Position numbers and translations under genes: made by a program
Notes under the pieces: model-generated
Databases searched by the model: none
Told to the model about the DNA's origin: nothing
Seen by the model: the letters and a program-made list of their open reading frames with translations, nothing else
Source: a virus
Strand: one strand, 5' to 3'
Virus record (IMG/VR): IMGVR_UViG_3300034691_000049
Coordinates: 1-64,000 of that record
DNA length: 64,000 nucleotides
Part shown: in pieces, positions 8,143 to 16,174 of the stretch
Layout: every line of letters begins with the position of its first letter
Position numbering within the stretch: position 1 is the first letter of the stretch

Positions 8143-8447
8143 GGATATTTATCCAAATTACGGATGGCGTACATAACTCCACCATCACTGTAAGTTTTCA
8201 TGACTCGCTCGATGACAGCATCGCGGTGAGCCGCAGTTGAATAACAATTGTGCGAACCCTTCTCCAATCGGATTACACCGGCTTGTTTCTTGAGTTCGTT
8301 GTTGAGTTTGTATCGGACATTGTCCATGGCGACATAACAGTTGGCATCAGTGAACGCCATGAACTTGTCATAGGTGTTAACGATACAAACTGTACCGCCA
8401 TCGACAACAGTGGCACATACGAGCGCCACAGTTGCGAAGAAGGGCAT
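8139..8447 (-). CDS. putative exported Cys-containing protein (paralog of 7645-7938)
   Basis: AAGGAG SD, hydrophobic N-terminus, four Cys. Confidence 0.65.
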   Translation of the reverse strand: MPFFATVALVCATVVDGGTVCIVNTYDKFMAFTDANCYVAMDNVRYKLNNELKKQAGVIRLEKGSHNCYSTAAHRDAVIERVMKTYSDGGVMYAIRNLDKYP

Positions 8448-8457
8448 GAGTTACTCC

Positions 8458-8586
8458 TTAAATGTCGTCTTCGGCTTGCGCATCGAAGTAACCTTGTTGC
8501 CAGTCGGCACACTTGGTTGGGTCGAACTCTTCGTCGAGTTCATATGCGTCGTAGCCTTCATCGTAAGCGAGAATGTTCTTTGGCAT
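8458..8586 (-). CDS. 42-aa acidic protein, Rmf/CrpP-like pattern (below ORF-track cutoff)
   Basis: AGGAG SD; MPKNILAYDEGYDAYELDEEFDPTKCADWQQGYFDAQAEDDI*. Confidence 0.7.
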   Translation of the reverse strand: MPKNILAYDEGYDAYELDEEFDPTKCADWQQGYFDAQAEDDI

Positions 8587-8615
8587 GGGATATAACTCCT
8601 AAAGTAAGTACGAGA

Positions 8616-8912
8616 TTACTGGCCTTCTTGTTCCCACTTCGCTGCCAGGGACAGCCAGAAGTCCATGCGCTGATCTGTAGTTGGGCGAGGCAGCTCAAGA
8701 TTATTAATGAAGTGATTGTTCAAGGTGCCCCAAGGTTGGGTCACCTCACTGATCATGTCACGCACGCGCTGAACTTGCTGAGGGTTGTTTGGGTACATGT
8801 GCTTGAGTGCAACACACAAGAACTCTGAGTGATTATCCCCGCATCGGCCATCATCAGGCGTGTAGTGCGCAGAGAGCGCAGTATCAATGATCATTTGACT
8901 TGGTTTAAGCAC
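8616..8912 (-). CDS. hypothetical protein
   Basis: 98 aa, AGGAG SD. Confidence 0.65.
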   Translation of the reverse strand: MLKPSQMIIDTALSAHYTPDDGRCGDNHSEFLCVALKHMYPNNPQQVQRVRDMISEVTQPWGTLNNHFINNLELPRPTTDQRMDFWLSLAAKWEQEGQ

Positions 8913-8922
8913 GGTGCAGCTC

Positions 8923-9264
8923 CTATTGTTCGAGAATGAATGTACGCACAGCGTTTACATCATCAAGGGTCACAACTTCCCAACCCTTGTCATGAATGAC
9001 AGCCAATATGGCATCTGGCTTGCTGCCGTATGGTGTGAGCATCATGGTAACTTTAGCTAGGGCACCCGCAGCAGTATCAGGGTCCAAGCGGTAATCAGGG
9101 GAATCACGTAGTTGAGTGAGCGCCTCGATAGCGTCAGTGCGAATGGTGGTATCCACCAAGGATTCTATGTGCTCTTTGATTAGGGAATACTGATCACCCG
9201 TAACAAGCCGCCTCAACGCAGCATTACGAAGGCAGGCTTGAAGTGCAATGATTAACTCTTTCAT
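8923..9264 (-). CDS. hypothetical protein
   Basis: 113 aa, AAGGAG SD. Confidence 0.7.
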   Translation of the reverse strand: MKELIIALQACLRNAALRRLVTGDQYSLIKEHIESLVDTTIRTDAIEALTQLRDSPDYRLDPDTAAGALAKVTMMLTPYGSKPDAILAVIHDKGWEVVTLDDVNAVRTFILEQ

Positions 9265-9275
9265 GGATGAACTCC

Positions 9276-9566
9276 TTACTTAGCTGGTTTGGGTGCAACA
9301 TAAACAGAGTGCATGACATTACGCGTGTTACCCGTAGTGTCAGACATAAGGAAGTCAATGTAGCTGTCGCACTGCGCTTGATCAGCACAATCATGCACCA
9401 AAGAACGATGCACACCTACATAAGGCACGACGGTGAACTTGATCTTGCAAGGGAACTGAATGACACGCTTGATGCACTGAGTGCACAGCAAATCATCATT
9501 CACCTTCTCAGCAGCCTCATTGGAACAACCAACAGTGGTGCAATACATAGTAGACAGGAAGCCCAC
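9276..9566 (-). CDS. hypothetical Zn-finger-like protein
   Basis: CTTVGC...CTQC Cys pairs. Confidence 0.6.
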   Translation of the reverse strand: MGFLSTMYCTTVGCSNEAAEKVNDDLLCTQCIKRVIQFPCKIKFTVVPYVGVHRSLVHDCADQAQCDSYIDFLMSDTTGNTRNVMHSVYVAPKPAK

Positions 9567-9619
9567 GGGAATACCCCTAAATGACGAATGGAAATACCTT
9601 AACAGGCCCGAATGGGCAG

Positions 9620-9847
9620 CTATTCAAGCATTGCAGCAAGTTTTATGACATCAGGGACATCATCTGCATTAAGGCGTTGAGCACTGCCAGTGAGATGGTC
9701 AAGTTTGATACAGTACCAGCCGTTTATTGGGTTATACCAATAATAAGCAAGCCCCTCGTGTAACCGCATCGCTTGAACCACATCCTCCTGCAAAGGCAGG
9801 GTCTCGAACGCTTTGACACCATTATCAGGGAGCAGCATGAATTCCAT
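9620..9847 (-). CDS. small early protein, C-terminal-motif family (outlier copy)
   Basis: Likely start is MEFMLLP at 9847 (GAGG SD); ends DVPDVIKLAAMLE. Confidence 0.7.
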   Translation of the reverse strand: MEFMLLPDNGVKAFETLPLQEDVVQAMRLHEGLAYYWYNPINGWYCIKLDHLTGSAQRLNADDVPDVIKLAAMLE

Positions 9848-10140
9848 AACGAAAGCCTCACATGAATACCGCCACAGCACCGATAGGTGACAGGTACACA
9901 TAGGTATGACGAAAGGGGATGAAAGGATATAGGAAAGGGGAAACCTTATCTCAACTGAACCCAAACTCACTGAGTTACCTCCTAAACCTCCCCTATTTCT
10001 CCCCCTATGGGGAATGGGTGGTGATATCCACTCTGACGAGTGGGAATCTGACTCATTGAAGGGGAAAGGACTCTTCCGAACCAACTGTCTAAAGGGGAAA
10101 GGGATGTGTGATGTTGATGTGTGCTTTGTGTGTGCTCTTG

Positions 10141-10172
10141 AAAAAAGATGCCTCACCTCCGAAGAGGTAAGG
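10141..10172 (-). terminator. rho-independent terminator after the first early gene
   Basis: Minus strand CCTTACCTC-TTCG-GAGGTGAGG followed by CATCTTTTTT (UUCG tetraloop). Confidence 0.8.
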
Positions 10173-10276
10173 ACTTGGTGAAGATGTTGTGCAAGTACCA
10201 GCCAATGACGATCAAAGACCAGACTAAGCACGAAGAGAGAGCAAGAGAGGTTTCAAAGGTCATGGATGGTTACCAG

Positions 10277-10570
10277 TTAAGCAGCGACGGCGTCAGCCTC
10301 GACTTGCAGGGCTTTCAGCTTGGCATTGAGGTCAGAAGCAGACAGAGCAGACTCAGCAGCACGAATGCGTTGATTGATGTCGTATTTGCCACGGAGAGCG
10401 TCGAGTTTCTCGTTACGTTCCAGAGTAGCGATTTCATTGAAGCCTTCAGCAGCACCCTCAACCCAGGAGGCAGAGTGGACAGCGGCATTGGACAACTTGG
10501 TACCAGCAGTGAACAGGTTGGTCAACATCAGGAAGAACTGAGCAGCCATAGCAAAGAACTGAGCAAACAT
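10277..10570 (-). CDS. first early gene (N4 gp1 position)
   Basis: Directly downstream of two hairpin promoters; GGAGA SD; 97-aa helical protein. Confidence 0.75.
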   Translation of the reverse strand: MFAQFFAMAAQFFLMLTNLFTAGTKLSNAAVHSASWVEGAAEGFNEIATLERNEKLDALRGKYDINQRIRAAESALSASDLNAKLKALQVEADAVAA

Positions 10571-10612
10571 GGTGTATCTCCAATCGATTGGTAAGGATGA
10601 GCACCGAAGTAC

Positions 10613-10632
10613 CCATCACATAGCCGAAGGCT
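10613..10632 (-). promoter_or_regulatory. vRNAP-type hairpin early promoter (P2)
   Basis: Template strand CCATCACAT-AGCC-GAA-GGCT. Confidence 0.7.
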
Positions 10633-10722
10633 TAGAGTAGAACATCCTCTACGTAGTGAATGACAAGCAAGACACACATAGCTGAGATCATAGGTAAGGT
10701 CCATGAAAGGTACAGGATTGTA

Positions 10723-10743
10723 CCGTAACAGGGCCGCAGGCCC
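10723..10743 (-). promoter_or_regulatory. vRNAP-type hairpin early promoter (P1)
   Basis: Template strand CCGTAACA-GGGCC-GCA-GGCCC. Confidence 0.7.
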
Positions 10744-10892
10744 GTATGCACACCCTAGGGTGGGTGGGTCATTGAGGAAAGTGGATTGTAATCAGACCCG
10801 GGGGGGTAGAAACGGAATAGGGGGTTGTTGTTACAAATGCCCTGAATCAACCTGTCTATAATATTTTTTCACCCTACTGCGTACTGCGACCA

Positions 10893-11240
10893 ATGGTATC
10901 TATGCCATACTCCCCTATATCTCAACGATGGGTGGCTTCCATGACTGTTCAGCGTTTCACTCGGCGGGATCGTCCCTTCCAGTACATAGCTGCACGTTTG
11001 GGCGGCCCATTCGATCCCTTGCCTTATTGGTTTCAGGTTTTGGAACGAAACGGTACACTAAGGTACGATAGCGAGTACAATGTCGAAGTTCGCGTGATAA
11101 CGGGTGCTTGGCAGACTGTCTCGCAGGGTGATTGGGTGGTTCTACAGCGCGGCGGTGAGTCTGACCTTGCTGGTTTCGATAAGGCCAACGTTTGGCTGGT
11201 AGAGCACGAAGACTTCATAAAATTATGGGAGAAGGTATGA
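10893..11240 (+). CDS. hypothetical protein (GDW-type beta-barrel phage family); likely start 10941
   Basis: QTVSQGDWVV...VEHEDFIKLWEKV resembles the widespread GD(Y/W)hh...F..TYE phage family. Confidence 0.6.
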   Translation: MVSMPYSPISQRWVASMTVQRFTRRDRPFQYIAARLGGPFDPLPYWFQVLERNGTLRYDSEYNVEVRVITGAWQTVSQGDWVVLQRGGESDLAGFDKANVWLVEHEDFIKLWEKV

Positions 11241-11482
11241 GCTTGCAGCGTAATGATCCAATGGACGAATTTAAGGACGTAACACCGGTGACTGTCCGCA
11301 ATGCTGCACTGTTGGTGCGCCAAGCCGCGCTTGTTGAAGCCTCTGCGGTGTTGGCCCTGGAAGACTTGAAGGGTCAAGTAAAGGCGGCTCAGGGTGTCGC
11401 AGAAGATGCTCACTATCTACATAAAGCTGCGCTGCACCGCTTGAGTATCTCGGCCATGCAGCCGAACGGTGGCGAAGCATGA
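11237..11482 (+). CDS. hypothetical coiled-coil protein
   Basis: Likely start MSLQRND, ATGA overlap with the previous ORF. Confidence 0.6.
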   Translation: MSLQRNDPMDEFKDVTPVTVRNAALLVRQAALVEASAVLALEDLKGQVKAAQGVAEDAHYLHKAALHRLSISAMQPNGGEA

Positions 11483-11694
11483 ACCTCGAAGATCTGAAGG
11501 AAGGTGACGTAGTTGCTGCGGTATGTGCAGGATGTGCGCAAACGCACGCATGGGATATTGTTCGCCCAGTAAGTTCCTTGCATGTGACCATGCAGCGAGG
11601 CTGGCACCCTGGGTTTTGTACTTGTGCGCGACAGACCACGTCTGTGGATAATGTTGTCTGTGTGCTTGCTGAATTTGCAGGGTTGAAACTATGA
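11479..11694 (+). CDS. hypothetical Zn-finger-like protein
   Basis: CAGC and CTCA pairs; coupled on both sides. Confidence 0.55.
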   Translation: MNLEDLKEGDVVAAVCAGCAQTHAWDIVRPVSSLHVTMQRGWHPGFCTCARQTTSVDNVVCVLAEFAGLKL

Positions 11695-12374
11695 CTGACT
11701 TGCTGACACCGGAAGAGTTCAAGATGGTGCTCCCGGCACAGTTCCGGGGTAATGTGACGCAAGAGGTGATGGACGGGGTCAATGCGTTGTTGGCTGACCC
11801 GAACCTGGCGGAAGCGTACCGTGAACGCATGATTGGGCACACGTCTGTGCTGCGCGAAGGGAAGTTCAAGCTTGAGAGTTATCTCGGTGCCGTGAAGTAC
11901 GTCACGCAGAAGATGATGAACAAGAGCAACCTGGATGCGTACATTGCTACGTTCCCGGCAAAATATCAGGACTTTGTTGCCCGGGGCGTGAGTCAGAAGG
12001 ACATCAGCTCTTACGTGTCGGCGTTCAACAAGTCGAAGCTGGTGAACCTGATCATGGAGCAGGCTTTGATCCCGGCGTGGGTTGGGAATCAGGACATGTA
12101 CCAGCAGGCGTTGAATGCACAGTTTGACCTGGGTATGAACGCGTCGAGTGAGAAGGTGCGCGTGGAGGCGCTTAACAGCGTGCTGGGGCAACTCAAGCAG
12201 CCGGAGAAGACCAAGATCACGCTGGATATCAGCGAGGAAGTAGGCGACACCATGGCGGCTGTGCGTAAGCAGATGCAAGACCTGGCGGATCAGCAACGCA
12301 ATCATATTGCGGGTGGGTTCGGTAATGCCAAAGAGGTCGCGGCTCAGCGGCTCCCGTTTGAGGTACAACAGTGA
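11691..12374 (+). CDS. N4 gp69-like protein (putative terminase small subunit)
   Basis: 227 aa upstream of TerL; YLGAVKYVTQK and SEKVRVEALNSVL are typical of N4-like phages. Confidence 0.7.
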   Translation: MTDLLTPEEFKMVLPAQFRGNVTQEVMDGVNALLADPNLAEAYRERMIGHTSVLREGKFKLESYLGAVKYVTQKMMNKSNLDAYIATFPAKYQDFVARGVSQKDISSYVSAFNKSKLVNLIMEQALIPAWVGNQDMYQQALNAQFDLGMNASSEKVRVEALNSVLGQLKQPEKTKITLDISEEVGDTMAAVRKQMQDLADQQRNHIAGGFGNAKEVAAQRLPFEVQQ

Positions 12375-12832
12375 TGGGCGTATTAGACAAGGCAGTGCCA
12401 GGGTTCTCCAGCATCTTCCCTGACCGCGAGGACCAAACGCCACAGCTTGGGATCTTGGGCCAATGGGGAACGCAGCAGGATAACGCGATCCGCAACTTTG
12501 GGACGCAGATCCAGAGCCCGGGTGTGTCGCCAGACACGAAGCTGAACTTCGAGAAGCGCATCCTCAAGCCGGGTTCGTACCCGACGATTGATAATGGTGA
12601 CGGTTCCGTGTCCACGCACCGCATGGCCTACGGCGGTGTCGATAATGGGTTTGTGGCGTACCCAACTATCGTGCAGAAGCCCGACGGTAAGCTGGTGCAG
12701 TTGGGTGACGATGAAGCTTTCAACTTCGCCATGAAGAACCGTGAGTACCGGATGTTCGACAAGGAAAGCGATGCAGCTTCCTACGCCGAGGGTGGGTACA
12801 AGAAGTTCTGGGGCCTGGGTGAAAAGAAATGA
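12371..12832 (+). CDS. hypothetical protein inserted between TerS-like and TerL
   Basis: 153 aa, Cys-free, NGDGSVSTH...YPTIV...EAFNFA...FDKESDAASYA. Confidence 0.7.
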   Translation: MMGVLDKAVPGFSSIFPDREDQTPQLGILGQWGTQQDNAIRNFGTQIQSPGVSPDTKLNFEKRILKPGSYPTIDNGDGSVSTHRMAYGGVDNGFVAYPTIVQKPDGKLVQLGDDEAFNFAMKNREYRMFDKESDAASYAEGGYKKFWGLGEKK

Positions 12833-14478
12833 TCCTGCCTGTTGATGAAGTGTACCAATCTGTTGATGGTTGGCTTGATGGGGTCGATTACACGATGGAC
12901 CCGGGCTATATCCCTTCACAGTTCGCACTTGAGTTCGTAACCTTCATCAAGCTGGTAAATGGTGGCGTTGGTGAAGAGAACGAGACGCCTGTGCTCCACT
13001 TGCACATGCTTGATGAGATTGAGTTCATCGAGTACGACGAGAAGGGTGAAGTCAACCGATTCCCCCGTATTGCCAACATGGTGTTCCGTGGTGCGGCAAA
13101 GACCACCCTGATGGGCGAGTACCTGTTCCTTTACATCGGTATGTACGGGGGCCTGCCAAACTTCGGGCGTATTGAGCTGGCGCTGTACGTTTCCGACTCC
13201 ATGGAGAACGGCGTGAAGAACATGCGCAAGAACTTGGAGTTCCGGTATGAGAACAGCGACTTCCTCAAGAAGTACATGCCAGCCAAGGGACCGGACAACC
13301 CGGTGGGCACTGAGTTCACGGATATCCGCTGGAAGTTTGTGAACCTCGACGGCAACGTGTTTATCGTCAAAGGTTACGGCGCCAAGACCGGTGTGCGGGG
13401 TTCCAAGGAAATGGGTAAGCGGCCGCGGCTTGCAGTGCTCGATGACTTGATTTCCGATGATGATGCACGTTCGCCGACGGTAATCGCCGCAGTAGAAGAC
13501 ACAATCTACAAAGCGGTCGATCACGCACTGCATCCACAACGAAACATGATCATCTGGTCGGGTACACCCTTCAACGCGAAAGATCCGCTGTATAAAGCGG
13601 TTGAGTCTGGCGCTTGGCGCGTCAACGTGTATCCGGTGTGCAATCAGTACCCGTGTGCAGAAGAAGACTTCGTTGGCGCCTGGCCTGACCGTTTCCCGTA
13701 CAGCTTTGTGAAGAAGAAGTTCGACACGGCCATGAAGGTGGGCAAGGTTGACACTTTCAACCAAGAGCTGATGCTTCGCATCATGTCCGACGAAGATCGC
13801 CTGATTCAGGATGGTGAGATCAGTTGGTATCGCAAAAAGAACGTGATGCAGTTCAAATCTAACTTCAACTTCTACATCACGACCGACTTCGCCACATCCG
13901 AGAAACAAGCGGCGGACTTCAGCGTGATCAGCGTGTGGGCGTACAACTACAACGGTGACTGGTACTGGGTGGATGGCATCTGCAAACGGCAGGACATGTC
14001 AGCCAACTTGATTGATCTTTTTGAACTGGTTTCGAAGTGGCGCCCTATGGGTGTTGGCATTGAAGTCTCTGGTCAGCAATCTGGTTTCATTCCTTGGATT
14101 CAGGACATGATGATCCAGAAGAACATCTTCTTTGTCATGACTTCGGAGAACAACAGCACTAAGCCGGGTATTCGGCCGAACACCAACAAGATGCAGCGAT
14201 TCAACACAGTTGTTCCATTGTTCAAGCTTCACAAGATCTATTTCCCGGAAGAGGATAAGACCGGGTCCGTTATGATGGAAATGGTCAACGAGTTGAGCCT
14301 TGCGTCGTCAAGCGGGTTCCGGTCGAAGAAGGATGACTTTATCGACACAATCTCGATGCTTTCTGTCATGCGGCCTGTTGCCCCAACCTCGCAAGAGGTA
14401 GAGCAGCGCGAAGGTGGTGGAATGTGGGATGATGACTACGCCCCGACTCCGGGGGCACTGGCCAACTACTTAGCGTGA
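12829..14478 (+). CDS. terL: terminase large subunit
   Basis: Walker A-like FRGAAKTT, Walker B LAVLDD, and nuclease motifs TTDFA and DDFIDTISML. Confidence 0.95.
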   Translation: MILPVDEVYQSVDGWLDGVDYTMDPGYIPSQFALEFVTFIKLVNGGVGEENETPVLHLHMLDEIEFIEYDEKGEVNRFPRIANMVFRGAAKTTLMGEYLFLYIGMYGGLPNFGRIELALYVSDSMENGVKNMRKNLEFRYENSDFLKKYMPAKGPDNPVGTEFTDIRWKFVNLDGNVFIVKGYGAKTGVRGSKEMGKRPRLAVLDDLISDDDARSPTVIAAVEDTIYKAVDHALHPQRNMIIWSGTPFNAKDPLYKAVESGAWRVNVYPVCNQYPCAEEDFVGAWPDRFPYSFVKKKFDTAMKVGKVDTFNQELMLRIMSDEDRLIQDGEISWYRKKNVMQFKSNFNFYITTDFATSEKQAADFSVISVWAYNYNGDWYWVDGICKRQDMSANLIDLFELVSKWRPMGVGIEVSGQQSGFIPWIQDMMIQKNIFFVMTSENNSTKPGIRPNTNKMQRFNTVVPLFKLHKIYFPEEDKTGSVMMEMVNELSLASSSGFRSKKDDFIDTISMLSVMRPVAPTSQEVEQREGGGMWDDDYAPTPGALANYLA

Positions 14479-14485
14479 GGCAACA

Positions 14486-15151
14486 ATGAAATTGAACTAC
14501 ATCTTCAGCCAACTGGAAACCAGTGAGCTGAAACAACTGAACTGCATCGACCCGGTCACGGGAAAGATCAAAGCTGATCAGCACCAGGGCATTGTCGATG
14601 TGATGAACCAAGGGATGGTTGATCTGCATACGCGCTTTGATCTGAAGATCGGCAAGGTCACAGTGCCTATCGATTCGGCCGTCGAGCTGTACGACATGAC
14701 CAAGTTCGATCCCCAGGTGCGTGGCCGCTTTCTGCAACTGCATAAAGTGACCGATGAGCGGGGGTGTGATCTGCGCGTCAACGACTTCAGCCAACGTGGC
14801 CTCAACTTCCGCAGCCAGTTCATCTTTGAGGTGCCTGAGCATTTGCGTACGGTGCACCCGTTGCGCCAAGCCGTTATCTTGTACCGGTCACTGCCGACAA
14901 AGATCGGGGACTGTTACGGTGATATCGACCCGGAAATGATCGAGGTTGAACTGCCGGTGGCCTATGTCTGGGCGCTGTGCCTGTATGTAGCCAGCCGCTT
15001 GCACACACCCGTCGGTTTGCAGGACGGAACCTACCGGGTGAATGCATTCCTTGGGCTGTTCCAGGCAGAATGCAAACGGTTGGAAGAAGTCGGTATGGAT
15101 ATGGACTTCCAGCAAGATGTAAACCATCTCCGAAAAGGGGGTTGGGCGTAA
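14486..15151 (+). CDS. N4 gp67-like virion/head-completion protein
   Basis: 221 aa immediately after TerL; N4 synteny; ends KGGWA. Confidence 0.7.
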   Translation: MKLNYIFSQLETSELKQLNCIDPVTGKIKADQHQGIVDVMNQGMVDLHTRFDLKIGKVTVPIDSAVELYDMTKFDPQVRGRFLQLHKVTDERGCDLRVNDFSQRGLNFRSQFIFEVPEHLRTVHPLRQAVILYRSLPTKIGDCYGDIDPEMIEVELPVAYVWALCLYVASRLHTPVGLQDGTYRVNAFLGLFQAECKRLEEVGMDMDFQQDVNHLRKGGWA

Positions 15152-15154
15152 ATG

Positions 15155-15186
15155 AAAAAAGGAGCCGATTGGCTCCTTTCTTTTTG
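15155..15186. terminator. bidirectional terminator between convergent genes
   Basis: AAAAAAGGAGCC-GATT-GGCTCCTTTCTTTTT. Confidence 0.85.
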
Positions 15187-15242
15187 AATAGGTGGCGGGA
15201 TTGCTCTCCCGCCTGTTCGCACGCTTTAACAACGGCGCAGAA

Positions 15243-15722
15243 TTACAGAATTTGCCAATCTTCAGCAAGGCAGTCGTTGATGCTCGGCACCCAGGTGCTT
15301 ACGGTATCATTGACGTTCTTGATTGCAAAGTAAGCGTTGTACGGCACAGGAGCGTCAGCAAAATACTCAAGTGCCGCTCCAGTGCGGGCCGGGTAAGAAC
15401 CTGGCGGCACATAGTAAATAAACATGCCCTTCCCGTTCCAGCCTGCGCGAGCTACGCGGGAGCCCAGCTTCAATGCTTCGATAGCGATGCCAAAGGTTAG
15501 ACCTTCAGTTTTACGGTATGCATTGTCGAATTGTTCCTTTGGCGACCAACTAATGTAGCCGACATGGGCTGAATGGTTGGGGGCACCGCCGTCGGTGTAC
15601 TCGACAAGATAACCGGCGTCCTCGCCGTTCTCATCTGCCGGAAGCTCCCAACCACGGTACACATTGTAAGTGCCCCGGGTCATCGCGGATGCTTTAACGA
15701 CTTTCGTCCCGATATACATCAT
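15243..15722 (-). CDS. DUF2829/Tad2-like anti-defence sponge protein with an extra N-terminal domain
   Basis: TFGIAIEALKLGSRVARAGWNGKGMF...WVPSINDCLAEDW is the DUF2829 signature. The N-terminal domain is YIGTK...GYLVEY...YISWSPKEQF. Start overlaps the dut stop. Confidence 0.8.
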   Translation of the reverse strand: MMYIGTKVVKASAMTRGTYNVYRGWELPADENGEDAGYLVEYTDGGAPNHSAHVGYISWSPKEQFDNAYRKTEGLTFGIAIEALKLGSRVARAGWNGKGMFIYYVPPGSYPARTGAALEYFADAPVPYNAYFAIKNVNDTVSTWVPSINDCLAEDWQIL

Positions 15723-16144
15723 TTGCCGGTACTCCCGAAACCACCAGCACCGCGGGCGCTGGAATTGGTGAACTGATCCACGAACTGCAAAGCAGGCGTG
15801 GCAACTGGAACAACAATGAACTGAAACATGCGCTCGCCTGCCGCCCACTGAATAACATCACCCGGACGACCTTGAATGTTCACCTTCCATTCACCTTCGT
15901 AGTCGCTGTCGATTACGCCCACCGTATTGCCCAAACGAATGCCTTGTTTCACACCGGCACTCGAACGTGGCAGAATCAGCGCAACATGGCCGACCGGAAC
16001 CTTGGCGGCGAAGCCAAGACCGTGAAGTCCTGCGGAACCGCTCAAGTTGCTGCCACTTGCAGGCATGTACAGGTCATAACCTGCTGCACCTTCAGTTCCG
16101 CGGGTTGGTGCGATCAAATCCGGGTGTAGTTTAACGATTTCCAC
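15719..16144 (-). CDS. dut: trimeric dUTPase
   Basis: Motifs AGYDL, PRSS, GVIDSDYEG and RGAGGFGSTG. Confidence 0.95.
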   Translation of the reverse strand: MEIVKLHPDLIAPTRGTEGAAGYDLYMPASGSNLSGSAGLHGLGFAAKVPVGHVALILPRSSAGVKQGIRLGNTVGVIDSDYEGEWKVNIQGRPGDVIQWAAGERMFQFIVVPVATPALQFVDQFTNSSARGAGGFGSTGK

Positions 16145-16150
16145 TATGAT
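16141..16150 (+). promoter_or_regulatory. candidate late promoter -10 (CCACTATGAT) for the portal operon
   Basis: TATGAT about 30 nt upstream of the portal start; near-identical CCACTATTAT upstream of the holin. Confidence 0.45.
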
Positions 16151-16174
16151 GCTTCCTTTACTGGTTTAGGAGAC

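Noticed and set aside
9848-10231. 5' extension making a 203-aa ORF at 9620-10231
   Set aside because: It crosses a strong terminator and low-complexity tracts; the real start is more likely ATG 9847 with an SD.
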